DNA of 52,160 bases, the filler included, from Mizuhopecten yessoensis (taxonomy: Eukaryota), in the NCBI RefSeq assembly GCF_002113885.1. It is 3 parts of 3 records of this genome, joined end to end, with 100 filler letters (N's around TTAATTAATTAA, not from the genome) between each part and the next. Parts side by side here need not be neighbours in the genome. Positions count along the whole stretch, not along the records: positions 1 to 17,964 come from NW_018404533.1; positions 18,065 to 32,787 come from NW_018404455.1; 1 more part is not named here. One strand, 5' to 3'. The notes below the pieces were generated by a model. It searched no databases. It had not been told where the DNA came from and worked only from the letters and a program-made list of their open reading frames with translations. This document shows positions 13,517 to 25,440 of the stretch, one piece after another. The translations under genes were made by a program, and so were the position numbers. The stretch's first letter is position 1, and every line of letters begins with the position of its first letter.

Positions 13517-13667
13517 AATGAATATTTTAGCACATGTTGTTATGGTCATATAACACACACTGCTACCGATGTCAAACTTAATAAAGTCAGCCCCGTAGGG
13601 CTTTGTGTAAGTTTGTCAACAATAGAAATGTGTGTTATAGGACCATAACAAAAAATTAAAATATCAT
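13517..13667. repeat. ~150-bp imperfect palindrome, likely the end of a non-autonomous DNA element
   Basis: TTGTTATGGTCATATAACACACA..CAAACTTA / centre AGCCCCGTAGGGCT / TAAGTTTG..TGTGTGTTATAGGACCATAACAA. Confidence 0.8.
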
Positions 13668-13769
13668 TTTATTTTTCCAACGGTTATTCATAATATAGAT
13701 ACAAAACAGTTATTATGAAGAGAATATATAACTGGGCGAAAATATCTCGTTATACAATATGCAGGTTTT

Positions 13770-13858
13770 AATATGATTGTACCACAATGTCAATATGATT
13801 GTACCACAATGTCAATATGATTGTACCACAATGTCAATATGATTGTACCACATTGTCA
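13770..13858. repeat. 22-bp tandem repeat x4 (AATATGATTGTACCACAATGTC)
   Basis: Directly visible. Confidence 0.93.
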
Positions 13859-14369
13859 ACACACAAGACCAGAATCTGAATACAAGTTAGAAATGAAAAT
13901 ACCACACCTCATGCCTCTCAAATCATAGTTATGTAACAAACATGTTTGATTATTAAATAAAATACGGTTTAAAGATGAACGTTATACACACAGGTGATTG
14001 GCACCCTTAAAATTACGTTATAGATACAGTACCAAAAATCTCACTGCATAATACAGCTGTTTCGTTTTCCCAGGACTCATTGGTGATGCTAGAGGCCAAA
14101 ATCGGAACTCCAATTAGTCCAAACTACTGTTGAAATAGACGGAGAGGTTCATAAAAATTATTCGTTTATGAATTTTGAAAATTAAGAGTACTGGTTCATT
14201 TCAAGTTGATAAATAGGGTGTGTATATTATGAAACATGCCAGTACTCAAAAGAAATAGTTGTGGTCAGGAAGGTTATGGCAATCCAAGGGGACTAAAAAT
14301 CCACCAGCAGAGTCTACCATCTTGTCTCTTGACATATGAATGTTACATACACACAAACGAGAGGCGTGC

Positions 14370-14460
14370 TTAACCCTTTCACCACTGTAGACCATACTGG
14401 ACTCATCCATATCAATGATTGGTAGAGTCTACTAAAGTTACGTAGAGGTGAAATGGTTAA
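14370..14460. mobile_element. 91-bp mini-MITE bounded by TTAA (piggyBac-like ends)
   Basis: TTAACCCTTTCACC ... GGTGAAATGGTTAA; related copy at 18920-19010. Confidence 0.7.
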
Positions 14461-15915
14461 CAATCATAGCATTTGATATTATGAATGTAGAACAGGATAT
14501 GCCGCCATTGACAACATCGTTATTAAGATTTATGTTAAAACTTAAATTTCTGTTTAAAAAGTAAATTTTATTATTTTTCTATTTTTTTTATTTTTGTAAA
14601 TGAAAAAAATATGTTATTTTAAAATTTCTTTGATACTTGATACAAACAAGCTATACATGTACCAGTGCGCAGTACATTTATTTCACTTAATATAATCACA
14701 ACAGCAATGCGGCGAAAAGGGTGAAATGTATATTATATTGCACATGACATGAATTACTAATTAATTAATAAACGGCGAAAATGTATATAATGAAATAGTT
14801 TGGATTATTTGCAAACAAACAATTCAAATTTATATTTGCACGTCATAGATATAAAATAAATACATTCTTTAAGAGATAATACAAGAAACAGTTCTCGCTG
14901 TGACCTAAGATGCCCGACACGTTATCAATGTTAGGGTCGGTACCTGCCCAGGTATCTCAGCTGTGCCTACCTAGGTATCCTAGCTTACCTACCTGTGTTT
15001 AGGTCTTTATGTTTAGGAAGTCACGTCTTGGTCACCTGTATAAACAGGTAGTATGGGGCGCCTGATGGCTCGATAACCAGCGTCCCACAGGTAACCCCAG
15101 GTAACATCTTAATTAACGAGTAAAACTGTGTGACATTTCCTAAACCTGTTTACTGCTCACTAATACGTGCCAGGAATGGTGGTGATATCCTGTCCTTGTT
15201 TTACTGGGATTAATATTTGCTCGTCAGGTGAGTTTGATTACACATGGAGTGTATAAATGTATCATATGATGTGTGAACTGCAATCAAACGCAATCAGCCA
15301 GTACTTTACAGGAGTATTGAGAATTGTCCATTCCTAACCTTGTGGTGATTACTTGAAATCCATTAACTATTTAGGTTTTTAATTTCGGATTTTAAGAAAA
15401 AAATATAATTCATTTTAGTAAATATTCTATGTACATAGTACTCACAGCCTTTGTGTTAGAGTTAGCTGCCTTTAGTGCTCTAAGCTCCCTTTTCCTTATT
15501 GTTCCTGCGATTTGTTTCAAAAAAGAGGTTATATTACGATATCTACTTCATTCGATGATTCGTTAATAATATATATCCGTGTAGTAATCTTATTTGCATA
15601 TGAAGCCCTGATGGCAGTTGTAAATGAACTGTACTTTCTTCTGTATCTTTGAAGATATGTGACCTCCATGCCCTAGTTTCATGAACGTTCCTCAGCCTAT
15701 GTTTTTTCTCCATTGTGAGGCATTTTTGAGCTCAGATTATCTTCTCTACCTCATTCATCTTTCCAGTGGAAAATATCGTTTTGTTTGTAGGGTTATTGGT
15801 CGATTAATCGCTAATGTCATTGAAGAATATCATACATTGAGGTGATTTGTCGATGTATCTGCTTCGTTTTCTCTTCTTTCTTTACAACTTTCGTCTTCCT
15901 GATGTCTCCCTTGAC

Positions 15916-16325
15916 AATACTTCACTTTTGGCCTTTAGTTGAGCGTTCGCTCCTGTGAGGAAGGCTTTGGGTTCTGTCCCCTGGACGAGACATACAAGAG
16001 TCTGTAAAAATGGTAAATTCTACTCCTGCTTAACGCTCAGCAATTTAGGAGTGGGACGACTGGTTCGCCCGTTGTCAGTATCATGTGACTGGGTGGGTGT
16101 CCTGCTGGGTGTTTTCGGCAGTATGTTTCAGTAAGGTAGCACTATAAAGTCGGCATCAGTTCCGTGCTATCACAAGGAGACAGACACGAACATATCGCAG
16201 CCTCCCAAAACACACACGCATACACTACACGCATACATCTTGCACATAGGGGAGGCCGTTCTTAAATGTCCATAGCTGTTGATAGGACGTTAAACAATAC
16301 TAAACCAGACCAAACCAAACCAATC
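15916..16325 (+). mobile_element. tRNA-derived SINE with Meta/MESC-type core and LINE-derived 3' tail
   Basis: Degenerate tRNA head, core CCTGCTTAACGCTCAGCA..GACTGGTTCGCCCGTTGTCAGTATCATGTGAC..TTTCAGTAAGGTAGCACTATAAA, then tail TAAATGTCCATAGCTGTTGATAGGACGTTAAAC plus (AAACC)n. Second copy at 40346. Confidence 0.85.
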
Positions 16326-16854
16326 CTACCTATATGCTATTGCGCGGATATGATGTCTGCTTTAGAGAGCTACCTCACTGAATCAAAATCATACCGGAGT
16401 CACCCAGCACACCACTCTACAAAGTCACATTATCATGACAATGGGGAACCTGTTTTTAAGCTTACCCTTAATGTAGAAAATACAGCAGGGAACAACAACT
16501 GCCATTTTAAGAACATTGGTATGTCCCGACCAAAGAATAAGGCAACATAGCGTCGAAAGGAAATTGCATCGTATTTTTTTTCCAATATCGGTACGGTAAT
16601 ACTAGGAATCAAAACGTCATAGTCATGACACATTAATCCGCCATTATATTATATTTACGTTCACTCTGCATCCTCCAATTGCAATGCGTTGAGATGGCAA
16701 ATGTTATGAGACTATAACAACATTTGCTATTGTTACGTCATCAATATCTTTTGTGAAGTCATCAATTTCATTGTTGTCAACAATTAATTTGCTGTTCGAA
16801 ATAACTTGATGAATCATAACTACTCTTTAAAAATAAATAGTGATTTTTTTTTAG

Positions 16855-16965
16855 CAAATATTGTTATGGTTATGTAACACACATTTCTATTTTCGACAAA
16901 CTTTGCCATCACTTTCATTAAGTTTGTCATCAATAGCAATATAGGACAATAACAACATTTGCAAA
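16855..16965. repeat. Second, inverted and centrally deleted copy of the 13.5-kb palindrome
   Basis: TTGTTATGGTTATGTAACACACATTTCTATTTTCGACAAACTT..TAAGTTTGTCATCAATAGCA..ATAGGACAATAACAACAT matches the reverse complement of 13533-13651. Confidence 0.65.
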
Positions 16966-17964
16966 AACCATTCATTCGTTAACTAAAAGGGTGAATCAAG
17001 GTCACAGAAAAAATACCGAACGAATGTATTGCAATGATTCCACGTAAAAAGTATACATTTAACTTATCAAAACATCATATTTGATAAACCTTCTTAAAAT
17101 CAGCGTCAATACCTAGGATATCCTCCAGTCAGTGACGTCGTTTGTCTGTGACGACATAATAGGGTATCTATACAATTCTTTACGACCCAAAGATAATGGG
17201 GGCTTGTGATATCACGGAAATATATAAAAATAAAATAAAGGCTATTGAAATGAGAGATCCCGTATTCACACTTCTGAACGAATACAAGTGATTAATATCG
17301 GTGGAATAAAAGAATTGAAACAAAAACAAATATTCGAATGGTTGAAATATTAGCCAAGCACATTAAGAAGATAACAACTGCTTGTCTGGGACGGTGATGT
17401 TACCATAGTAATTATATAAACTGCATAGAGTTACATTAATGGGTTACCTCCCCTGTTGTTACTCTCTATGATAGAGATAATTTTGACATGGCGAGTCAAT
17501 AGATCAGCGGGAGACAAAAGAAGGCTAGAGTATTTTGATCGACCGAATTGATACCCGACTACAAAAAGTGTCTTCAGCGGCAATTTGCTAAATCAAATGT
17601 CATTAATTGTGATTTGAGGGTAGGATTATATAAAATGGCGTAGTTGTATTTGATTTCTTTTGATAGTCTGACTGCTTCATCATTGTGTCATACAGTTAAC
17701 AATCCACGGAGCAGGCATCATTTGTTCGAAGTATTTAAATCATTTTCACCTTTCACTCCGATGGGCAGTTATCGAAATGACAAGATAGCTTGATCTTTAT
17801 TCTGTAACTATCATTTTAACATTGCCTGACCCCACTTTACTAATTTTCACCTCACGTGCTGCTGGGGGTATCCTGTTGTTACATAATGTTCCACCCTCCC
17901 GGTGTTAAAGTCATCCTGTTCAATCTCACACTCTTGCCCAGAGGATGATTGGTGAACATTTATT

Positions 17965-18064
17965 NNNNNNNNNNNNNNNNNNNNNNNNNNNNNNNNNNNN
18001 NNNNNNNNTTAATTAATTAANNNNNNNNNNNNNNNNNNNNNNNNNNNNNNNNNNNNNNNNNNNN
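17965..18064. other. Assembly gap with artificial TTAATTAATTAA linker
   Basis: N-run, six-frame-stop 12-mer, N-run; the same construct occurs at 32788-32887. Confidence 0.9.
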
Positions 18065-18919
18065 TAAGATGTGAAGACATTTTAATTAAGAAAACTGTAA
18101 TCATCGTGTGAGCGACTTTTGAGTAATTAGTGTAGGAAGGAAGTAGACACATGCTTGTTAGTTTACAACACTATAACACGGTTAGGATAGCCTAGTGCAC
18201 CATAAACTCACCGTTCAATAACGTACGTTTCCGGCCGCATACAACAACTGTTCCTCTGCTACCTCGCTGTACTGGCTACTCGCTGTGTGTTCTATCCTCC
18301 CTACTGCTGTTGCTGATCTTCCATCTGCTCCTTTTCTTCCCCGCTTATTCTCGCCTCCCCTCTTAGGGTTATTGCAATATATGAAATAAAAGAATAAAAT
18401 GTTGAATGAAAACATTAAAGTAATGACTCAGAGAAATGTTGTTGTTTTCAGCGGAACATCGAATATGTGCAAATGTGATATGCGTGTTCAGCGGAATCTA
18501 GCTTAAACGAACAGTTGAACTGTTTGTTCAGTGAATCCTCGCTAGAATGAACAATTTGGTGTGTGTGTTCAGTGAAATCCGCTATAATTATCACCAGAAA
18601 TACGAAGAAAGAAGGCGCATATTATGGAAAGTGTGCTCGTAGATACAGTTAGTGAAACAAAGGTAACATTCTACGGCACACACGATCAGTTCGTTCATGT
18701 ATAACCCACCAGTGTTCCAAAAGGGCATAGGAATGAAACAGTGAGGTCTAAACTGTTTCATAATATATGAAGAATACAGGAAAAGGTGTCGGTAGACCTA
18801 ATTTTGACATTATCTATCTAGGACTTTTGGCTAGAACAGGTGAATCATACATCAAAATAGTACACTTGTTTATCTTGTAAACCATACCAAAAAACATTTC
18901 AGTTGTTTTTCATATGCGT

Positions 18920-19010
18920 TTAACTCTTTCACTCCTGATATTGTATAATGATCTTTTCCAAACTTTGAATTGGAAGAGTTCATATGTGTCTTCAGGGGTG
19001 AATGAGTTAA
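18920..19010. mobile_element. 91-bp mini-MITE bounded by TTAA (same type as 14370-14460)
   Basis: TTAACTCTTTCACTCCTGA ... TCAGGGGTGAATGAGTTAA. Confidence 0.7.
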
Positions 19011-21099
19011 TGTAATCTTGCTACAATGCGAACATTTTCGGATAACGAAAAGCGAAAGTGTTGCCCCACAAAATCAAACAGTTTATATTATCAACGACTA
19101 AAAAGTAATTGTATTTATGTTTAAGTCAAGGGATAATCATAACTTATCTTTACTTATGTGTTCTATGTTCTCGATTTTTTTAAATCGAACCCGTGCTAGT
19201 GTTGTCATAGAATATATCAAATGTGTTATTTCTTCCATTAAATGACATATCGTGAAAACAATCGCTAACAAACCAAGTGAGGAAGCGCCGGTATAAAAGA
19301 ATAATTAGTCGATGAATAATGCCAAACAAAATACACTTTTAGTACACGGTATACATGTTCATTTAAGACGCTTCAGTGATTCTAAAGGTCAACAGGATGG
19401 AAAATCACATCTTAAGTGTTCCGAAACAGTAAAGTCTCATTTTAGGTTAATACAATTTCAACTCTTTTTTAACGAGATAAGCCTTTATTTTATAAATAAA
19501 AGTTTTTAGAACGAACAATGAACTCTTTCTTAACAAAATGTTGTTTATGAAAATATAAGAGGTTATTGAACGATTGCCCTTACCACATTGGTTTGGACTT
19601 GCCTGTAAGATGTAGAACGTAGCTAACTGTATACGAGAGAAAGCCCCACAAAATCATACCTTATGTTCCTTTTCAGTTTCCTCGCCTGCTCGTTTCGTCC
19701 TTATCGGGAACGTAATTTGTAGACTGGTTTTATTCGTCATTAATTGTAAAACAGGAAATCCATGAAATGCTACGCGACAAATTGGACAGGAAGGCCGAAA
19801 AGGAACTAACGCTAACCTCAACTGTTATCTACAGTACTACCGCAGCGGGTGCCCTCAGCTTCACCGAGCTCATCACAAATTGTTAAATTGTAAGTAAATT
19901 AGAAGAAAAAAAATATACACCGGATTTTTATAAGTGATTACTTAATTATTGCAAGTTCAACTTTATTTCCAACAATCTGCGTATGATTATACATATAATA
20001 ACAGAAATAGTGTGACTCGTCTGATAAAAGACAATTACCTGATGTATGTCAAGCTAACGATACTTTTATGTCAGAGACGCTGTAAGGCGTTTATAAAGAA
20101 ACGTCCTCCCTTTATACGGCTAAATCACCATGTTAGCTGACCAGTATTCTCCGGTTATTCTTGTAATCCTAATTATTCATTAGTTGTGCGATGTTGTGTC
20201 GCCTTGAGCGTACGGTGTTGTGTTGGCCTTTCCGAAGTAATAACAACAGGTACAGTGATTTTTCAACCAAGTATACCAAACCTTTTATAGTCTGGTATTG
20301 CATTATTGTTTTTTTAGTTAAATAGAGATGATGTTCCCGGTTTTAGTTTACTTTTTGTAAAAAAAAAAAAAATAGTACGAGTTTGGTAGTTTCATACCTT
20401 AAGTTTAAATACTGTATGAATTTGGTTTTGTAAAAAAAAATGTTTGATATCACTATATGTTTTGAGTTTCAGTAAGATTTAGTGCTATATTTTTAGTTAA
20501 AGTTTGGTTATATAGTTTGGTTTTACGGTACGTTTGAATGTATATATCAATTTTAATTTGGTTTTACTGTACGTTTCAATGTATATATCAATTTGAATTT
20601 AGTTTTATATTTTAGTTTTACTGCAAACCAAACAAAACCAATATTTAAGTCGTACAACTATTACTTGCAATGGTATGTTTGCTGCTCATTTGTAGAAAAA
20701 GTCCTCAATCTTTAACTGTATATATCGGCTAAACACATCGAGGCAAGGTGACTTGTGAGAACCATTGACCTTAAAGAAGCTCCATCATCATGTGTCACAC
20801 AAGGTTAGTTTGTTTGTGTTTAACGGCCCATCGACGGCTGTGGTCATTTAGGGCCATGGTGATTTTTTTATTGATTTTTTATTCTTTTAAACAAACATGT
20901 GAGTAGCGAAGATAAAATCAGATAAAAAAAAATGTTCATTTTTAAAAGTAATCGCGTTGTATGTGTAGATAGTTAAAAGAAAAAGGGGTTAAAATAATAA
21001 AAGAGATAACGAGTAGATGATATGGACTATATGATATATATAACGTCAAAGAGGGTAAGGAGGGTTAAAAGACTTCAGAGTCGATAGAATAGACCGATG

Positions 21100-24000
21100 T
21101 CTTTCAAATAGTTAAATAATGCCTTCGAGTCCACGGAACTGAAAAGAGTTTTCATATCCGGGACTTAAAGTAGTTATCACGAATGTGTTTAAAATCGGAA
21201 CATTCTATTGAAATGTTCCGCTGTAAATGGAGTGTCACATGCGTGGCATGAAGGTGAATCTTCTCGTTTTAAAAGGTACGAATGAGTAGGATATGTGTGC
21301 TCAGTACGGAGCCGAAAGAGGACAACTTCCTCTCTACGATCTTTCCGACTGGGAACAGATGTTTTAAGTTTCGGTTGTACTTAAAAAGGTTTGCTGCTGG
21401 TCTCGAGAGACCAGCGTTGCTGCCATTCACTTTTAATGGCTGTACGAATAATAGGTTTAAAATCTGCATATGGTAGTTTGATATTTGTTTGTTCGGGATT
21501 TAACCCATTTTATGCTTCTCAGTCAACAAATTCGTTGCCTTTAATTCCGACATGCTTATTTTCTTTAAGATACGAGATACGAGATAGCAGTACAGCAGGC
21601 TGCTGCCACTTTCTCACCTTCTCTGAAACCATCGATGTAAAGTATGAGAGGAGTACTTCAAAATGCATTCCCGAAAGGAGGATTTGTGTTCTTCGGGCAT
21701 TACACTGGATTTCCCTCGCTCATGTAATGTGAAGTTAAAATCAGGTGTTTGTATCGTCCATAAAGGAACGTCAGATATATTGAATTCAGCTATGTCAGTC
21801 AACTTTATGTTGAGTTAGTGCAGGAAATTTGAAATTCGGATGCCAAATGTTTGCAGAAGTTTTGGGTTTTGCTTAAATATGCTTTGGTATTTTGGGTTGA
21901 ATATTTGGTCGAAAGCAGGATTTTTAAGGTTTGATTTTAATTGAGCTGCAAACTGTTATGCAAGTTTTTTCCTTCATTCGCTTCCACGTAACGACTTTTT
22001 ACAGGTGTTTTTCGAAAACCTCCAAGGGCTAGACGTAACCCTTGATTATGAAATGAGTCTAGCATCTGCAGGTAAGAACTCCGCGCCAAACCGTATACCA
22101 TAGAAACATGATACCATAGAAACATGATTGAGTTGTGTTCGAATAAGTGATCTGTAAAGGCGCAAGAGCATTTCACGGTCCGCTCCACAATCAGTTTGAG
22201 AAAGGACTCGTAAAATCTTTAGCGCCATGGAACACTTATTGTTCAGATACTGATTTGTGGTATGAAAGAGAGTTTCTAATCAAAAATGAGGCAGAGGAAT
22301 TGGGTTAACTCAACAACAGGAATTTTAATGCCATCAAGTGTAAGATTTTGGTCATTGTGTGCTCTTCGTTTCTGACAGTAATGCATGCACACAGTTTGGA
22401 TTAAGAGAATTTGAATCCGTTTTTGTCTGCCCAAATTTGTAATTTGTTTAAACTCTGTTGAAGTTGCCGTTCTATCGTGTGCATGTTCTTAAGAAGTCAT
22501 CCACGAATAACGACCCTTCTGTTGACTGTCCGAGACATTTGACTATATCATTGATTTTAAGACCAAACAGCGTAAATGATAGGATTCCACTTTGTGGGAC
22601 TCCCATTTCCTGTTTAGACGTTTCAGAAAAGTTGAACTAACACGGACGTTAAAGTGTCTATCTGATAGGTAATACGATATGAAATTAGGGAGGTTTCCGC
22701 GTACACCAAGGTCGTGAAGATCTTCCATGTTGCCATACTACCACGTAGTATTATAGGCCTCCTCAAGATCAAAGAACACGACAACAAGGTGTTCCTTCTT
22801 GGCGAAAGTCTCTCGAGACTGATGAGATGGTCATTTGTCCCTCTTCTGTTTCTAAACCCACTTTAAAGAGGGGATATTATATCGTTGGCCTCAGGTAACC
22901 AAACCAGTCTTGTGTTTATCATTCGTTCTAAAGGTTTACATACACAACTAATCAGAGAAATATGACGATAGTTGTTTGGGTCAGTAGCATCCTTTCCCGG
23001 TTTTTGGGATAGGTATAATTGTGGAGTTCTTCCACAAATCTGGAATCTTGCCGGAAGCGTAAACTTGGGTGAATATGTAAAGAAGGCATCTTAGTGACGA
23101 GTCCGGTAGGTTTTTGAGAAATTTATATGGAATATCATCTGGACCTGAAGCAGAGTCCTGAGATATTCCAAGCGAATCAACAAGTTCTGGTAGGGGAAAT
23201 AGTTCATTGAAACTTTCTTTGTTTGGTGATTTGAAATTTAATCGTTTCTTTTCTTTTTGGGGATGAATTTTTAGCTATGTATTTTGCAAATGCATAAGCA
23301 ATTTCAGACTTTGATGAAAAAAAATGTTTATATTAATGAGATCGGAGGATGTTGACTTTTTCTTTTTCACACTTATTTTCCGAATCATATCCCATACTTT
23401 TTCGGAGGACGTGTTTGATGATACCTTGGGTACATATTCTCTCAAGCTGTTTTGTTTTGAATTTTAATTGATCGCCGAGCCTTTGCCCGCCAAATTTTAA
23501 AATCACTGTAGTTTGAAGCAGTTGGGCAATTCAAGTAGCGTCTTAGAACAGCTGCCGGATTGCTGGTGTTTTAAAAGATTCTTCTGATAAAAGGGACTTC
23601 GTAGGTTTTGGAGCGGGTTTTGGAATTGTCGTTTGGGCAATGACAGTAAGTGTTTCAGTAAAAGTTTTAAATGGATTGCCGAGGTTAGTAATTTTTTATT
23701 GTGATAAGCTTGGAGTGTTGGAATTGGACCCAATCTGCTTTGTGCACATTCCATCTAGGTAGCGGATCCTCAAGAGGAGTCCCAATATTCTTAAGAAAAA
23801 TGGGGATTTGGTCACTCCCACAAAGATCATTATTTACCTTCCAGTCATAATCAAGTAGAATGGAAGGATGGCAAAATGAGAGAACAATGTAGGTACAAGA
23901 GCCTGTAGCACGGTGTAAACAAGTAGGGGTATTGTTGTTAAACAGGTACAAGCTGTTTTTATCTATAAATTCCTCAGTACGTCTTCCTCTCCCCCTGTGT

Positions 24001-24410
24001 TTGGAGAGCCCCACAGGCAATTAAAATCACCTAGGATTATGAATGGTGTTGAGAGTTGGGAGTCAATGTTATTGAGTTCTCACAAGTGAAAACAATACTC
24101 GGCGGAATATAGATTGAACAGACGGTTATTTGTCGGTGTAATGTTGCACAGACAGCAACAGTCTGTAAGTTTGTGTTTAGCTTGATCATTATATAAGGAA
24201 TAATTTTATGGACAGCTAAAGCTGCACCATCAGCTGCTCTGCTACCTACAGTTGGAATGTTATTGTAGAGTGAGAAATTTCTACGAGTGATTGGGGTTTT
24301 GAGCATGATTCTTTTAGAAAAAAAATGGTGGGTTTAAATTCTTTTGATAGGTTCTGAAGTTCTTCTATATTTGCCTTTAATCCGCGGATGTTCCATTGTA
24401 TTGTTCTTTT
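21100..24410 (-). pseudogene. Disrupted ORF2 (AP endonuclease / reverse transcriptase / RNase H) of the I/Nimb-like LINE
   Basis: ORF-track pieces 24246-24677, 24037-24306, 23685-24020, 22543-22728, 22046-22228, 21937-22188 and 21614-21802 tile the domains in order across frameshifts. Confidence 0.88.
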
Positions 24411-25440
24411 TTCCCTCTTTTGACTGGATTTCGATGGAGTCGAAGCACAAAGCGTTGAGGCATTCGTTGCCATCTCATCATCGATAATCAGTAGGACATT
24501 AAACCTGTGTGTTGGGTCCTCTGATCCTTTGCCATAGGTGACATTCAGATCGGGCCCATCAGATTTGCCCCTGGCTATTTGAATTATTTTCTTAGGTTTG
24601 TTAGCTGGTGATGTTGCCTCTGACCTCAGTTGGGATCGAGGTACAGAGGAAAGTGAGCGAGATCGCTGCAAACGCATATGTGCCCTAGATGGGCCAAGTT
24701 TTGGACGGTTTTCTCCTAAAGAAGAACGTGTTTTTGAAACATTGACTGTTGATGGTGGTGATGTTTTGGTTGTTTGTGAGGTTTATTGGTTTTCGTTTTG
24801 GCCGTGAAACGGGATGGATCTCCTACCGTGAGGATCCTCAAGTTCTGTTCGCCAGCTAAGTCTGGGACTTGTGAGCCCCCGGCAGGTCCGTCCTCAGATA
24901 CTTGAACGGAAGCATCTTTGACTGCGACACTGTCAACAGGCGACCAGACTTTAGTCACTCGGCATATGAGGGTGCAGCTACGTCTGTGCTCTCTATTATC
25001 CTCCTTGCCTCGGTAAAGGAGACGTTCTGGGTATATTTGACCCGCAATATCTCTCATTCGCAATTCCAGGCAGGAAAGTCTCGAGACGAAGCAGCATGCT
25101 TTCCCTCACAATTGACACAACGCAGGTTAGAAATCTCACAGTCGCTTTGGTCCTCATGACCTTCATGACCACAATACTGGCAAATAGTCTTCTGTCTACA
25201 TCGTTTTTCACGATGCCCGTACTTCTGACAGTTACGGCATCTTAATGGATTAGGGATGTAGTGTAACTAATCACTACGGCTGAAGGTAATGATGGAGTAG
25301 CAATGCCAATGGTCAGCACAAACGTGTCTGTTGGAACCAACTTGTTGTACTTCTTAGACAATATCCGTCGCTCCTCAGATACTGGGATCTCCTCCCCCTG
25401 GAAGTACTCCAGGATGGCGGCATCAGCGTCATTGCGCACA
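24400..25440 (-). pseudogene. Disrupted ORF1 (gag-like, three CCHC-type knuckles) of the I/Nimb-like LINE
   Basis: LVPTDTFVLT then NPLRCxxCQKYGH, CxxCGxxGH and CVNCEGKHAASSRD, followed by a Ser/Pro/Arg-rich tail. Confidence 0.8.

Larger units (their letters stand above)
20803..25440 (-). mobile_element. Decayed non-LTR retrotransposon, I group (Nimb-like), 5'-truncated: gag-like ORF1 plus APE-RT-RNase H ORF2
   Basis: Minus-strand fragments: ORF1 zinc knuckles (PLRCRNCQKYGH..CQYCGHEGH..CVNCEGKH); APE (IQWNIRGL, CSIYIPP, LGDFN, GSDQIPI); RT (SGPDDIPY, YRHISLISCVCKPLERMINTRL, FFDLEEAY, GVPQSGIL, LFVDD); RNase H (YIDGFREGEKVAAA, HVGIKGNE); C-terminal EEVVLSRLR..CHACDTP..EH. Many stops and frameshifts; 3' tail ends in (AAAC)n. 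Confidence 0.93.

Noticed and set aside
18009-18020. TTAATTAATTAA palindrome (also 32832-32843)
   Set aside because: Embedded in N-runs; an artificial six-frame-stop scaffold linker.
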